From Vicugna vicugna (lineage: Eukaryota): DNA of 64,000 bases. Positions 1 to 11,825 of the stretch are shown in pieces. Under the pieces are notes generated by a model. That model was given only the letters and a program-made list of their open reading frames with translations. It made no database searches and was not told the DNA's origin. The DNA lies in the NCBI GenBank assembly GCA_013265495.1, contig MU062119.1:3322388-3386387 (forward strand), in the 5' to 3' direction. A program made the translations under genes and the position numbers. Position 1 is the first letter of the stretch; each line of letters starts with the position of its first letter.

Positions 1-90
1 GTGTATAGACTAAAACCCATTGAATTGTACACTTTCAATGGGTGAATTGTCCAGTGTGTGAATGACATCTCAATAAAACTGTTAAAAAGA
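1..90 (+). mobile_element. Old LINE-1 (L1M-type) extreme 3' end
   Basis: TTGAATTGTACACTTTCAATGGGTGAATTGT...CATCTCAATAAAACTGTTAAAAA resembles the L1M 3' UTR terminus with AATAAA and an A-tail. Confidence 0.8.
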
Positions 91-190
91 AGGAGGGTGG
101 GAGTTCCTGAGACCAAACACTTTTGTTCAGTGCGACTTCCTGAGAGCACGTTTGTTGGCAACCCTGCCTGAACTTTGAGACCGTTGACCT

Positions 191-360
191 GTGCGTGTGT
201 GTGCACGTGCACATGTGTATCTCTGTGAGCATGTGAGCATATGTGTGTGCATGTGTATGCGTGTGTAGGTGTGCACTGTGTGTATCTCTGTAAGCATGTG
301 TGCATGTGTGTGCATGTGTGTGCAGGTGTGTACTGTGCACTTGTGTGTGTGTGTGCATGT
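191..360. repeat. Degenerate (TG)n/(TGCA) microsatellite
   Basis: About 170 bp of alternating TG with CA/TA interruptions. Confidence 0.95.
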
Positions 361-1440
361 GGTACAGGAGCCCTGCTTGGGCCTGCTGTTCTGAGGCCCA
401 TACTTCGGGGACAGAGTAGGGACTGGCTGTCGGCTTCTTTTCTCTCGGCTTTTGTGCAGAAGTGGTGCGCAGGTGTGTGTGGAGCTGAGTTCACACGTTT
501 GCCGGGGTGCCCGCCGGGGGGGCGCCCTGGTGGGGCGGAGCTCAGCGTGCGTCCGCGCCCTCCTCCCTGGTCTGGGAAACCTCTGCCATTTCCTGCCTTT
601 GCTCACAGACACCCGCACAGAACAGCCGCTTCCTTATCCCCCTCACTTTACGCACAGCCTCTGATAACCTGCGACCCAGAGTGAATCAGTCCGAGGGGCC
701 CACCGAGCTCCCCACGGCCTTCATCCTGTGGCTTAAACTCCCGCCGCCTGGGACGGCTGGCCGGGCCGAACTGTCTCTGCCTGTCCCGGCGCGCGTGGGG
801 CGCTCGGGCTGGACGGGCTCCTTGTTTTCCTCTTTCCATGAGAGCCTGTCTGCCCGCGGCACTGGGAGCCCACCCTGTGCCTCCTCCTCCAACGCGGAGC
901 TGGGGCGCCGGGGCAGGGGGCTGCGGCGGGAGGGCCCCCCAACGAGGCTTTAGCACCAGCTCCCTGGTGACTCGTGAGCTCGGACCTTTTCAGACATTTA
1001 CTGACTTTTGGATAAATTGCCTCTCGGGGTTAGTTCTGGTTTCCACGCTGTCCATTTAAAAGCCACGAAAGGCTTCACTCCGGCCCCTCCCTCCTCCTGT
1101 CCCCAGAGGAACCTCTGTCGGACTCGGCTCTTTCTTCCTCTGGGTACGTCCGTGTCTCACTGCTCCCAGGGGAAGGTGCCCAGACTGAGACCTCTAAGTG
1201 CACCAGCTCTAACTTTCCTCTCCTGTCAGCATCATCACTGTCCGGGACTGCTGGCTTCCTGTCCAGGCATGTTCTGACACTCACACCCACCACACACTCA
1301 CACACACCCACCACTCTTCATTTCCGCACTTGGTTCCATCTGACCCAGGCCCACATCAGCCCAACTGTTTTGTCCACATCTCTTGAAGGGAGATGGTAGA
1401 GGATGAGACTGGCTGGGAGGTTCGTGAGCCAGGTGTTCCC

Positions 1441-1782
1441 TGCTGGGTTCTGAATGCCTGTGGCCCCCTGCAAGTCCTGCGTTGGGATCCCAATGCCCAT
1501 GGTGGTGGTGTGAGGAGGTGGGGCCTTTGGGAGGTGATGAGGTCACTAGGTGGGTGCCCTCGAAGGGGGTTAGCGCTTTCCTAGAAGAGACCCCACAGGC
1601 TCCCTCCCTGCTCCCAACGTGTGAGGACAGAGCAAGAAGTCTGTGCCCTGGGAGAGGCCCCCCCGACCGTGCTGGCGCCCTGGTCTCCAGCTTCCAGCCT
1701 CCAGAGCCGTGAGAAATGAAGTTCTGCTGCTGGCGATTCAGTCTGTGCTGTTTTGTGAAAGCAGCCCAAATGGACTCAGACA
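1441..1782 (+). mobile_element. ERVL-MaLR solo LTR, MLT1A-like
   Basis: Starts TGCTGGGTTCTGAATGCCTGTGGCCCC, contains GGTGGGGCCTTTGGGAGGTGATGAGGTCA and CCAGCCTCCAGAGCCGTGAGAAAT, ends GCAGCCCAAATGGACTCAGACA; TG...CA termini. Confidence 0.88.
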
Positions 1783-3599
1783 TCAGCCCATGATCATATG
1801 ACTTCAGTCCTCACTGGTACCCAGTAAGGGAGGTGTTACTGATGTCACTTGGGAGATGGGCCAGATGCAGCTCAGAGGCTGAGCGTCCTGTCTGAGGGCA
1901 CACAGCTGGGAAGCATCGGAACCTGCTCTTGTCCCCAGGAGGAGGAACTGGTCAGCACAGTGGCCCCGGGGGGACTTGGCTCTCCCTCCAGCCCTAAGGA
2001 CCCACAGGGACCAGCTGGGCTGAGACGCAGCCCCGGGACCGGCCACTGTGCAGCCAACGCTGGACCCACGAGTGCTTCCGTCCTGCTCAGTGCCGGGAGG
2101 GCCACGCTCGGCCTCCGTGGGAGGTGGCGGGAACATCCATCCTCCGAGTTTCGGCTGCGCCTCAGCCTCCGGGCCTCACACAGTTTATCTTTTCTAAACA
2201 CTTCAACATTGCTATGAAAATCAAGATAATTTCTGGCAGTTAAAGACCTGACTCACCCGTGGTTCCTGCTCATTGTCCTTTTAGGAAATTCCTCCCAGTG
2301 GGTCTCCCATGTGACCCTCACGCCGTGTGTCAGGCCACCTCTCACCTCCTGGGAGGCACACTTTCCAGAACTTACCAGAGCAGGCTGGCCTTTCCTGGAA
2401 GGAGCCTGGCTCTCCCAACACTTCCTGGATTCTCTGGTCCTGGGATTCACCAGAATTCTTTCCCAACTTTATTTATTTCTCTCACTTTATTATTTTTGGA
2501 TTAACGTAAATGAAGTCTGTCTTTGGCGTGATAAAGCGGACGAAAGCCTCTTTCGGGTCAGAAGCTTCACTTTCAGCTTTGATGGCGAAAAGCTGATATA
2601 AGACTTCCCGCAGGGTTTTAACGTCACGGTTCTTGGTTGAGACGAGGAGGAGGAGCTGGCGTGCTCGGGTCATCACGTCTGCATCCGGACGCAGGAGGAG
2701 GGAAGGGGGACGCATGGGCGCCTGACTGGAGCTGGACACCACTTTGCTCGCGTCCCGTTGGCTGGAATCTGGACATCGAGCCTCTCCCCCTGGGACCTTG
2801 CGCCTTCAGTGAGGACAGATTCTGGGCGGCTGAGTCTTTGGGAAGGGCTCTCTGCACCTGGTTACGGTGGACGTTGTCAAGAAGCAGAACGGATATTGGC
2901 GAGAACGAGCAGCGTCTGCCTTGGTGCCCGTCAGGCTGGTTTTAACCTGGGGACGCATATTCTGTCTGAGACACCCTGAGAACTCAGTGCACAAACCGTC
3001 CTCTCTCTGACGTGCAGCCATGACGTGTTTCTTCCTCCTGGCCTTTCTGTGCCACGGGTGTCATCCCCCGCGTCTCAGTTCGGATCCCCCCCTTGCAGAC
3101 CAGCATCGAGGCTGAGGGGAGGTGACCTCGGGAGGCATCAGGGGACCAGGGGAAGGACGGGGGGGGGGGCCAGTGCAGGGCACATGTCGGCCCTGTGACC
3201 ACGGTGTGAACGCGGCGCACTTCCTTTGGGGGCTCGGGGGACTGTGTGGATCACCCCTCGGAGTTTCTCAGCTGCTCAGATGTCTCAGCGGTGGATGTTG
3301 CCTACCGCTCTCACTGTCACTGGTTGAGGACTGCGCCCAAGGACAGTGACCCTGGTGACAACGGCCTGCGTGTCTGCGAGCCGGCCGCGCACTCGCCCGT
3401 AGCAGAGAAAGCGCCCGCAAAAGGATGCAGGCCCGGAGGCGGCCACCGCGGAGGGGCGCAGGCTGGACACCCACGGTGCTGCTCAGCCACATCCCGAGCT
3501 GGGGCGGCCTCTGGGCCCCGTGGAGCCCCTCCCTGCTTCCAGCTGGCAGCTGCCCTCACTCGGCTCCGTGGCTCGGTCCACTCCAAGGAAGCCCCCGCC

Positions 3600-3942
3600 C
3601 TCAAGAGTCTGAGCGTCTGCTGGAGAGACCTGAGGGGCTCGCTGTGACTCAGGGGCCCCCAGCTCCGGTGGGTCCCCTGGCCGTCCTCACTCCTCGTCTT
3701 GTCGATGCGTTCCTGCCATTTCCACTCCACCTTTGCGTGGCATCCCCTGCATGCCCCTGTGCCCACAGTCCCCCTCTTGTCAGGACAGTCATGTTAGATG
3801 GGAGGCCACCCTCGCCAATATGACCTCATCTTAACTGACTACATCTTCAAGGATCCCATTTCCAAATAAGGGCACATCCTGAGGCACTGGGAGTTGGGAC
3901 TCCAACGTAGGAATTTAGGGAGGACACGCTCCCACCCGTAAA
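3600..3942 (-). mobile_element. ERVL-MaLR LTR, MLT1B/C/D-like (partial)
   Basis: ATATGACCTCATCTTAACTGACTACATCTTCAAGGATCCCATTTCCAAATAAGGGCACAT matches the reverse-strand MLT1 core; left boundary approximate. Confidence 0.85.
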
Positions 3943-5460
3943 GGTGGGAGAAGGCAGCCCGGGGGCTGCCACGCCACGTGTGAGGTGCTTTGACTCAGGT
4001 CAGCGGAGCCCACCAGGCTGGGCGCCGGGTGCTTCATCTGGAACACCTGGGGTTTGAAGGGCCTCTTTGGCGCGGGGCCCCCATCAGGGAGGTTTCACTC
4101 TGCGTTGGCCTTCTGTCTGTGCACCTGTGGCTTCGCTACTGCTTTTGGTTTTGAACATGAGGGCTGGGCAGACACCCCAGCCCTTACAGCCCCTCGGGGG
4201 GCCGAGGCAGCCCTGGGGTCCTCGCGGCACCAGGGCGGAAGGTGGGCTGTGGAGCGCCCTCGGACGGGCGGGCAGAGCAGACCCTGCAGCGCGGGGCTGT
4301 TCTGTGCCTGTTTTTGGCCTCGGGGAGGGGGGCAGCAGGCGGAGCTGGGGGGCCTTCCGCTCCCCACACAAGCTCAGAATCTGAACGCGGTCCAGGGTTT
4401 CAGCATTCGAGTCCCCAGAGCTAGTCGCTAGCCATCCTCCTCCCCCTGGAGAATAATGCATTTAAAACTTCTGAGCTGTCTAGACTTGTTATCTGGCCCT
4501 AATTCCTGAGAGCCTGGAGCGGGCAGCAGCGGGGCTGTCGAGATAGCAAGAGGGTGAAGTCATTGGCGTAAATCCTGAGGCAGGAAGCCGGTTCCAGGGA
4601 CGATGGATGAACGTGGGCCGGTGCCCGCACGGGGCGAGATAACACGTCTAGACTCCGCTGCCATTTCCTCCTCTTCCTTTAGGTGTCCTATCGGCCGCCC
4701 CGCGGCCTTCCTGCTCGCTCTTCCCGTGCCTCGCAGGAGAAGCCCCTCAGGAAGACCTCGCTTCGTTTTTGGTGTAAGGGGCTCCCGCCGGCTCTTGGCC
4801 TCGGCTGGGCGTGGGTGCCTTCTCTAAGTCACGGCGACAGCGGGGGCCGCAGGCCTTTCTGGAAAGGCCAGGCTGGCCTCTGTCACTCTGTCATTTCTGA
4901 GAGTTCAGTGGGTTAGGGGAAAATGACGTTTTCTCTCGCCAGTATCCAGAGGTCACTGGAAGGGCATTGGTGGACTGCAAGGATACAAGCTGATGTCAGA
5001 CAGACCCAGAGGTTTCCAGGAGGCCTGGGGAAAGAGACCTGGGGCAAGGCTTATCTGAAAGCCCCTGGGAGCTGTAGAATGCTGCGTAACCTCGTATTTC
5101 CGGAAAGAGTGGCTAATTTCATTGGCCCCTGTGCATGCTGGGTGATCCTGAACCCTGGTGTTAGGCTTGGGAGTGAGGTCAAAAGGTCATTTGGTTCCCT
5201 CCCCTGCCTCCAGACAGGATTCTCCCAGCAAAGTCATCGTGTGTGTCCAAAAAGTTAAGACACAAGTGGGGGCTGGGGGAGGAAGCAGGGCCGGGAGCAC
5301 CTGCGGAGAGTGATGACGTGGTCAGCCCGCCAGCTGTCCGCATCCATGAGCCCAGCTAGTGCTCTGGGGTTTGAACAACTGCACTGAGATTTGTGGGGAC
5401 GTCTTGCAGAAAGGCACAACGTGTCTGGAGGTCAGCCAGCCCTGCTGTGGCCACAAAAGT

Positions 5461-5705
5461 GACACAACATCAGTGACAACAGTAAAATGCCTTGAGCACC
5501 GGCCACTCGCTAGTTTACATGGAGGGGCTGATGACTGTGTTTAATCTCATTTAATCATCACATATGCCTGTAAACCCCTGCGAGGGGCACTATTGTAACT
5601 GTCCAGACTGAGGCTCAGAGAGGAAAGGTAACTGCCCAGGGCCACCTAGTTTGTGAGAAGTGGATGTATAATTTGGACCCAGATGGAGCTGACTTCAGAG
5701 CCCAG
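5461..5705 (-). mobile_element. MIR SINE
   Basis: ATCTCATTTAATCATCAC...CAGACTGAGGCTCAGAGAGGAAAGGTAACTGCCCAGGGCCAC is the reverse MIR core. Confidence 0.85.
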
Positions 5706-6279
5706 GATCGAACAGCTGGATGCTTCTGCCGTGTGAACATGCCACATGTATTCTGTCACGTCCGACAGGTGGGGGCAGCTGAGGGTGACCCAGGTTAATG
5801 AACGGGGGCAGGGATGCCAACCCACGTCTTAGATCCCAAACTGTCCATTGCTCCATTGGGCCTGTCCTGTCCCACCATGTACAGTGTCCTCTAGAATATC
5901 AGCTGCTCTTTTGTGACCCATGGGGCATCCTCCCCCAGGATTTATCTTTCCTTCCCTCCTTGAAGTGAGGCTGGTCCAGCACCCACCATACTCCTGTCAC
6001 AGATGTGGGAGAAAGCTATGCTCTGTGAAAGCGGGTCAAAATCAGCAAGAGGAGTGCTTCTAAAGATGCAGAAGGACTTCGAGTCTCATCCAGCCCTGAA
6101 CAGGACCTCAGGCTGGTGTTGGACCTCAGAGAGGGCTGCAGAGGTTGTGAGGAGCAAAGCAGAGGGACGAGACCTGAGAGTGGCAGAGTGACCAGGAGTC
6201 TGACGGCTGAGACAGGACACTGCCCAGTGCCTGAGTCCACAGGAAGAGTGATGCTTATCACCCAGCCCTATTGGTAGGG

Positions 6280-6406
6280 GCCAGTTAAATAAGTAGACGA
6301 TGGATGAGCCATTGGAGGAATAGTATACAGCCATGAACAGGAATGAGGGGCTTTTCTAGAACGATATGGAATGGTCACCAAAGTAGATGGATGCCAAGCA
6401 GCACGA

Positions 6407-6457
<51 letters not shown>

Positions 6458-6620
6458 TACTCCTATAGTGACATGCACATGATGACATGCTTATGTTCCT
6501 AAAAGAGCTCTAGATGCTGGCAGCGCTGGGAAGGGGGCTGTGGGGGATGGTGGGAGGGAGATACCTTTTTATATCTTGAATCTTTGACTATGTGTATATA
6601 TGACCTTAAATAGAAAAAAA
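6280..6620 (+). mobile_element. Old L1M (L1ME/MC-like) 3' fragment interrupted by (TG)22
   Basis: GGAATAGTATACAGCCATGAACAGGAATGAGG...GATATGGAATG resembles an L1M 3' region; ends in an A-rich tail at about 6620. Confidence 0.6.
6410..6454. repeat. Perfect (TG)22 microsatellite
   Basis: 45 bp of uninterrupted TG alternation. Confidence 0.98.
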
Positions 6621-7449
6621 AGTGAAAGACATGTTTTGGGACAGCGAGAGCGAGTCTAGGAGAGGGGTGCCGTTGCCCTCCCGTCTGTCTGCTCCCGGCT
6701 CCCAGGCACCCCTGCCCCACACCCACAGGGCGCTGCTCAGCTGTAGGGGCGAGGCTGCCAGGACTCAGAGGGACTCTGCAGCACTGAGATCCCAGAATCG
6801 CTTCCTCGGTTTAGAAAAGAGCCTTTTTAAGAAGTTTAAAACCTTCTCCCGGGCTGGGGCCGGAATCCTGAGAGGGCAACACCCAAGGATTTATTGGCCT
6901 TCCCAGGGCTCGGACTTTTGACGGCTCTGTGAGAGAAGCAGGGGGTCAGGGGTTATCTCCGGGTGGGCAGCTGGGGCTGCCTGGGGCCCCTCCCTCCCCG
7001 TGGCATCTGCTAGAACCATTAAGGGGTCCCTCCCTTCTAGTGTCCAGCTCGGGTTTCCGACCCCCGAGCTGCTCATGCACTGTGCAGACCCCCGGTGGGG
7101 CTACGTGGATGTTTCGTGACTCAAATGAAGAGGGGCAGTAGACGGGGTGAGAGGGGCAGACGGAAGAGGAGCAGTGGAGGACAGTCCCTGTGGAGATACA
7201 TGTGAGGCTGCTGGAACGTGGCTCCTGCAGAGAGCGTGGGAGGATGGGAGGGGGACATTTGTTCTTGCCGCCAGGGGCCTGAGTGGGTCGGTCCTAACAA
7301 ATGGTAACACGAGGGCCGTGTGGGAGCCCCTGGGATCAGCACGCGGGCAGTCAGAGACGGGAGACCACAGGGTTTTGAATTCCCGGCTCAGGTTGCCAGA
7401 AGGCGGCGCAGTAAGGGGCTGGCAATCCCCACTGTGGGGTGTTGGAGGA

Positions 7450-7585
7450 GTCAGGCCATGCTCTGGGCCTCTGTTTTCCCATCTGTAAAATGGGACTACT
7501 AAGAACTCCCCTTTCTGGAGCGTGTGTGGTGATTACAGGAGATGCTACGGGGCAAATGCATGGCCGTCACACAGCCAGGCTCCCT
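7450..7585 (+). mobile_element. MIR SINE fragment
   Basis: CTCTGGGCCTCTGTTTTCCCATCTGTAAAATGGG MIR core. Confidence 0.85.
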
Positions 7586-8597
7586 CCCAAGAGCTTTTCC
7601 CAGGTGACCCAGGCAATCCCCACCAGAACACACACGAGGGGTCCAGAGTAAAAGGCTGCAGCAGAGAAACTGAGGCCCTCACCCAGGGCCTCCTCGGAGC
7701 TGGTGAGTGGCGGTGGGGTTGTCTGGGGGCTACGGTGCTGGGTGGTCGTCAGCACCCACCACCAAGGGCACCTGGTCCGTTCCCGGAACGTTACTGTCCC
7801 AGGCCGTGCTCCCCTGGGTCCAGGCCCGGGGAGGCCCATTTCCTCAGCCGCTGGCTCCTATGCGCTGTGAGTGCAGGTAGGCTTTGATTTAGTGCCTGAG
7901 GCTGTTTCTCAGACTCCACTGAACCTGGGGATGCCCTTTCTCAAGGCCCAGCGCGGGAGGATTCCATCCCTTCTGCGATCTCTGGAGAGATTTATGCTGC
8001 TGGCGGGCCGGCCGTGCTTATTACATTTCCTTCTCTCCCATTAATCATCCTCGGCCCTCCTTCCTCCTGACAGCCGGGAGCAGCAGCCCGCAAGCCCGGA
8101 ATCTCGCTGCTGATTAGGACGCAGGCGGGCGCTTATCTCTGGGAGAGAGCTCAGAGTTCCCTTGAAGGAAGGGCAGGGCCTGCGCCCTCCGCCCCGCCAC
8201 CACCAGCCCTCCAGGAAGGAAGCCCTGCCCTCCCCAGAAGCCAGGTGCTGATGGAGTGGCTCAGCGCGGGGCAGGAGCAGCTGCCGGGTTGCCGGGGCAT
8301 CTGGTCCAAATTCGCGCTGGGACCACGATAATCACTCTTCTCGTTGGTTTCCTTTCTGTTTCTTGAGAATTTACCGGGAGCCGGGTGCCATGCCACGCAC
8401 TTTCCTTTCGTTACGTCGTGTTTAATTGTCCCAAAGTCCTCACAGGGATGTGCAGCTCAGCACCCTTTCCACACGAGGACATGGTGGTCCGGGGCGGGAG
8501 GGCCAGGCCCACGTGAGCGAGAGCACAGGGAGGGAGCCTGGTGTCCTGCCCTCCGCTGCCCTTCGTCATCACAGGCTCGGGATTCTGTTTCCAAGCC

Positions 8598-8800
8598 TTT
8601 TTTTTTTTATAATAGCTTCGTGGGGATATAGTTCACATGTCATACAATTCGCCCATACTCAGTGTCTCATTCAGTGGTTCCTAGAATATTCACAGGTACG
8701 TGCAGCCATCCTCCAGTCAATCTCGGGACAATTTTGTCGCCCTGAAAGCACCCCTGGACCCTTCAGCCATCGCCCCGCCCCCCATTCCCAGAGACCTGCC
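8598..8800 (-). mobile_element. L1MB-like 3' end
   Basis: T-run followed by ATAATAGCTTCGTGGGGATATAGTTCACATGTCATACAATTCGCCCAT...GAATATTCACAG, the reverse L1MB terminus. Confidence 0.85.
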
Positions 8801-9139
8801 CCCTGGGTCTGTTTCCCGTCTCCACGGTGCACATTCAGTTCATAGGCAGCCGTGGACTAGATGCCAGCTGTCATCCGTTGTGTCGCCTCTGTCCTGGTTC
8901 CGAGTCACCACTACCTCCAAGGCCCTCAGGGTGCTCGGTCAGCGCAGCTGGGCTGTGTGTCTCAGCCCTGGGGGCCACCCTTACTGTACTTCTGACTGGA
9001 ACGGGTGGTCTCACAGGGGGGACCCTGGGATGACCAAGGGGGCCACAGCCCTCAGAGAGCTTGAGGCCTGCTGGGGTGGGGAGGACGGGGGCAGACGAGG
9101 CCTGAAAGACGGTGCCGTGAGCCCCGGGCAGTGAGGAAA

Positions 9140-9300
9140 CGAGAGGGACCCACAGGCCCATGACATACATTTGAGCTGAAAGCTGAGCTTAAGTGGGAGC
9201 TGGGGTGCAAGTAAGGGAGGGGCAGGGAGGGGAAATGGCCAAGGTCAGGAACAGGGTCCCTCTGGGAACTTCAGAGAACTCGATGTGAAGCCCAGGAGGA
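9140..9300 (-). mobile_element. L2 fragment
   Basis: ACATTTGAGCTGAAAGCTGAG followed by a purine-rich tract, as in reverse-strand L2. Confidence 0.5.
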
Positions 9301-11599
9301 CCCGTGATGGGGCAGGAAAGCGGGCAGGCGGCCTGGAGGCGGGACAGGAAACACCAGGCCGCTGGGGCTCAAGGGGAGGGCGCTTCCGGCGAGCCCCTCC
9401 GTTAGGGGACTTCTGTGTGCTGAAGTCCGGCCTCAGGGCCCACGCCCGCGGGCTGTCAGGGCAGAGCTGCCCACCGGGTCTCTGCTGCTACAGCCTGTTG
9501 CCCTGCACCACACTGCACGTTCGAGTGGCTACTCAGTACTCACTGATCAGGAGACTTCACCTGAGGGTCCAGATTTTTGTCTTCCTTCTCCGCGTCAGAA
9601 GCCCTGAGTCCCTCCTGGCAGCCGCTGGGGTGTGTGCCCTGGGGCCTGTCCCCAGTGCAGTCTCTTGCCCCGACTCCTGGCCTCGGGCTCCGTCCTCCCC
9701 CCAGCCTCGTCTGCTCACCTGCGTCACCTCCCAGGCCCCAGAGGCCTCGGAGCTCCAGGGCCCTGTCCTCTATGTGGGAGGGTCAGAGTGGACATCACGG
9801 CAAGAAGGCGCCTTTGTGCGAAGCACACAGCGTGGACGGAGGGCTCCAAGGTGCCCCCTCTGGGCAGGCGGATTCTGAAAACGTGCGCCTTCCCTGGGGC
9901 CCGACGCAGGGTGCGGGGTGCCGGGCCGAGGCCAGAGCCTGTGTGTGCAGAGCAGCGCCCTTCTCTAGGGCAGGCAAGCCCAGCAGTGCTTATTAAGCTC
10001 CTGCAGTTTGCTATGAGCGCAAGGGCTGGGAGATGAGGGTGGAGCTGTTTGCCCTCCAGCATGCCAGCGTGGATGGGCCAGGGAACAACTGCCTCCCTGG
10101 CCTCTTGCGGCTGGATTTCCTGCCTGGCGCGGAGGAGCCAAGAAGAGGTAGGGTGGGCGGGTAAGGTTCCCTCTGTCCCCTTCCCCCCCCACACCGGCTC
10201 CCAAACCATCCATCAGCCCACGGCTCACCTGTGAAACCCAAGGCTGGGAACCACAGCACTATTCCGTTACAAAATCAAGATTTATCGGAACATGACAGGC
10301 CTGCAGGGCTTTTATGACGTGCATGGCGCCAATCCCTCTGTTAACCTGCCTGTCCCTGGTGGGGCAGGCACGTTTACGACTGCCGACACCGCTCCATCTG
10401 CTCCCAAGCCTGTGGCGCTCTGACAGCAGGGACAAAACGTCCGGCTTTGTCCGGCCCCGCGGGCTGGATTATCACTTCAGCACTTGAGAGCTCAGCCCGC
10501 TTCCCCCTGGAGCGAGACCCCCAGCGCCGCGTCCCCCTCCCTGACTCTGCCTGGTGTGAATGAAATTCAAATCAGTCTCTGACGGTCCCGTGAATTATCT
10601 GTTTTCCAACCTGCCTCCCTGGCTCTTTCATCTCCACGGCAGAAGCCACGTCCGGGTGTAAAGAGGGGGTTTCTTCTCCTGAAATAATCCATTGACATCT
10701 CTACAAAGGCCCCCGTGACGCCCAAATTGCCCGAGTCTCAAGGAAGAAAGACACGATTTGGGGACCATTTGGAACCTCTTTAAAAAAGGAGGTCAGTGCC
10801 TCCCAGGGGCTGCGGCGAATTGCCATTCCAGAGAGGTGGGAGGGGCCCGGGGCCCAGGACACTGGGCCAGTGCTTTTAACAATCTAGTTTGAAAGCTAAG
10901 CCCCGTTTGCATCAGTGGAACCGGCTGGAAGCTGGGAGTCGCGGATGTGCCGTGTGCCCTGCCTCGCCCGGAGCCGCCCGCCGGTGTCCGTCCAGACATG
11001 GGTCGTGAGAGGGCTTTTCCTGTTACCAGGGGACGGCACGTGCTCTCTGTTCGCTGATGTGCTGCTTGCTCCTCCTCAGCCGGGACCAGCTCCGGGCCTG
11101 GGAGGCTGAGAGGTGTCTGATGTTTGGAAGAGCAGGCAGAGGAGGGCTTCTCGTGGGTGGGGGCAAAGGACGGCTTCCCCAAAGCTGACTTTCCGCTGAG
11201 AAGGGTCCTGCCGGAGTGTGGCGCCAGCCTCTCCCCACGGTGATCTGCGGGCTCTGTGCCCAGGCCTGGGCCACTTGTTTCTGGAGCCCTGTGGAGAAGA
11301 CACTTGGCGATGCCAGTCCTGCTGATGAGGCCATCGAGCCACTAACTCACCAGCGAAATGAAATGAAGGCAGTCAGGGCAGGGCTGGATAGGAACCCTGC
11401 TGGTGCAAACTCACGTTCCCAAGTGGAAACAGTTTGGGCTGCTAATAACCAGGCCTTATTCAGGTGTCCTGGTCTCATTTACCTCATTTGGGTACTGGGT
11501 TAACAACAGCTACCTTAGGAGGCGAAGTCTGAGTGAGAGTTGACACATAAATGTACCAGCATGAAGTCAGCACTCAATAGTTGTTCAAGGACTCCAGTG

Positions 11600-11825
11600 T
11601 GTTATGAGCCCTGGAGTCAAAGAAACCTAGGTCTGAACCCCCAGGTTGGCCTTCAACAGCTGGTGACCCCAGGCTCGTCATGGAACCCCTCCAAGCCTCA
11701 GGTTCCGTGCCTGTAAAATGGGGAGACCCTGACAGTGCCCAGGTCACGGGGTGGCATGGGGGCCACGTGAGACTGTGGGCAAAGCGCTTGGCGAGGTGTG
11801 CAGTCAGCGCTCGGGAGATGCTTGT
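11600..11825 (+). mobile_element. MIR SINE
   Basis: CTGGAGTCAAAGAAACCTAGGTCTGAACCC...GCCTCAGGTTCCGTGCCTGTAAAATGGGG. Confidence 0.85.

Noticed and set aside
35-684. His/Thr-rich and Cys/Val-rich ORFs
   Set aside because: Translations of the degenerate (TG)n tract.
2482-2742. Protein-looking 86-aa minus ORF (...LREVLYQLFAIKAESEASDPKEAFVRF...)
   Set aside because: I recognise no family and found no convincing flanking splice sites; a tblastx or PhyloCSF check would settle it.
9038-9049. GGGGGCCACAGC, identical to the 5' end of the CPEB3 HDV-like ribozyme as recalled
   Set aside because: Only 12 nt match; the downstream pairing partners and catalytic core are absent.
10771-10786. 16-bp exact match with 34830-34845 (GGAACCTCTTTAAAAA)
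   Set aside because: About 0.5 such matches are expected by chance in 64 kb (N^2/2 divided by 4^16).
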